From Octopus vulgaris (lineage: Eukaryota), in contig OX597815.1 of NCBI GenBank assembly GCA_951406725.2, forward strand, positions 100,998,001-101,062,000: DNA of 64,000 bases, in the 5' to 3' direction. A model generated the notes under the pieces. That model saw only the letters and a program-made list of their open reading frames with translations. It searched no databases and was not told the DNA's origin. Positions 63,677 through 64,000 of the stretch are shown piece by piece; within the stretch, counting starts at the first letter, position 1; each line of letters begins with the position of its first letter. Both the position numbers and the translations under genes were made by a program.

Positions 63677-63848
63677 TTTAATTTCAATTATCCGCACCAA
63701 CGCACGGTTGCAACACCATATGGTTGTACCTCCAACCGTGCTGTTTACTGCTGTGATTTTTGCTACCAAGGTATCGGTTAAACTTTTGATTAATCTACTA
63801 CAAGATTATTCATCTTTCTATTTCACATATATATATATATATATATAT

Positions 63849-64000
63849 CATCATCATCATCATCATCGTTTAACGTCCGTTCTCCATGCTAGCATGGGTT
63901 GGACGGTTCGACCGGGGTTCTGGGAAGCCAGAAGGCTGCACCAGGCTCCAGTCTAATCTGGCAATGTTTCTACAGCTGGATGCCCTTCCTAACGCCAACC
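63849..64000 (-). mobile_element. RTE 3' tail copy, cut by the window edge
   Basis: catcatcatcgtttaacgtccgttctccatgctagcatggg... Confidence 0.88.

Noticed and set aside
12770-64000. CRISPR-like array suggested by the recurring aaaaagcacc / catcatcgtttaacg motifs
   Set aside because: These are dispersed LINE 3' UTR copies and their internal sub-repeats in a eukaryotic genome. There is no regular repeat-spacer period and no cas gene.

Overview
AT-rich, repeat-dense animal genomic DNA with spliceosomal introns. The SINE/LINE repertoire and microsatellites look like a coleoid cephalopod, probably Octopus (inference). Three host genes lie on the + strand. (1) An intronless 398-codon ORF (7495-8691) encodes a divergent ELL elongation-factor N-terminal region with no intact C-terminal occludin domain. 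(2) A complete 7-exon EAF (ELL-associated factor) gene, about 241 aa, starts 2.1 kb downstream (10773-33919). (3) The first 9 coding exons of FIG4/SAC3 phosphoinositide phosphatase (41881 to beyond 61691) include a U12-type intron with non-canonical AT...AG ends. Top finding: a consensus GTAAGT donor near the end of the ELL-like ORF (8672) and an acceptor 32 nt before the EAF ATG (10740) join in frame without a stop. This predicts a natural ELL-EAF fusion of about 644 aa, joining two partner subunits of the Pol II elongation complex. An AATAAA at 8711 offers a stand-alone ELL-like alternative. The fusion is a prediction that needs RNA evidence. The rest is a decayed Ty3/gypsy element with nested solo-LTR-like inserts, many copies of a PHD-finger-bearing RTE LINE, tRNA-type SINEs, pogo/mariner/hAT relics, MITEs (one holding TTAGGG-like repeats) and several foldback palindromes.
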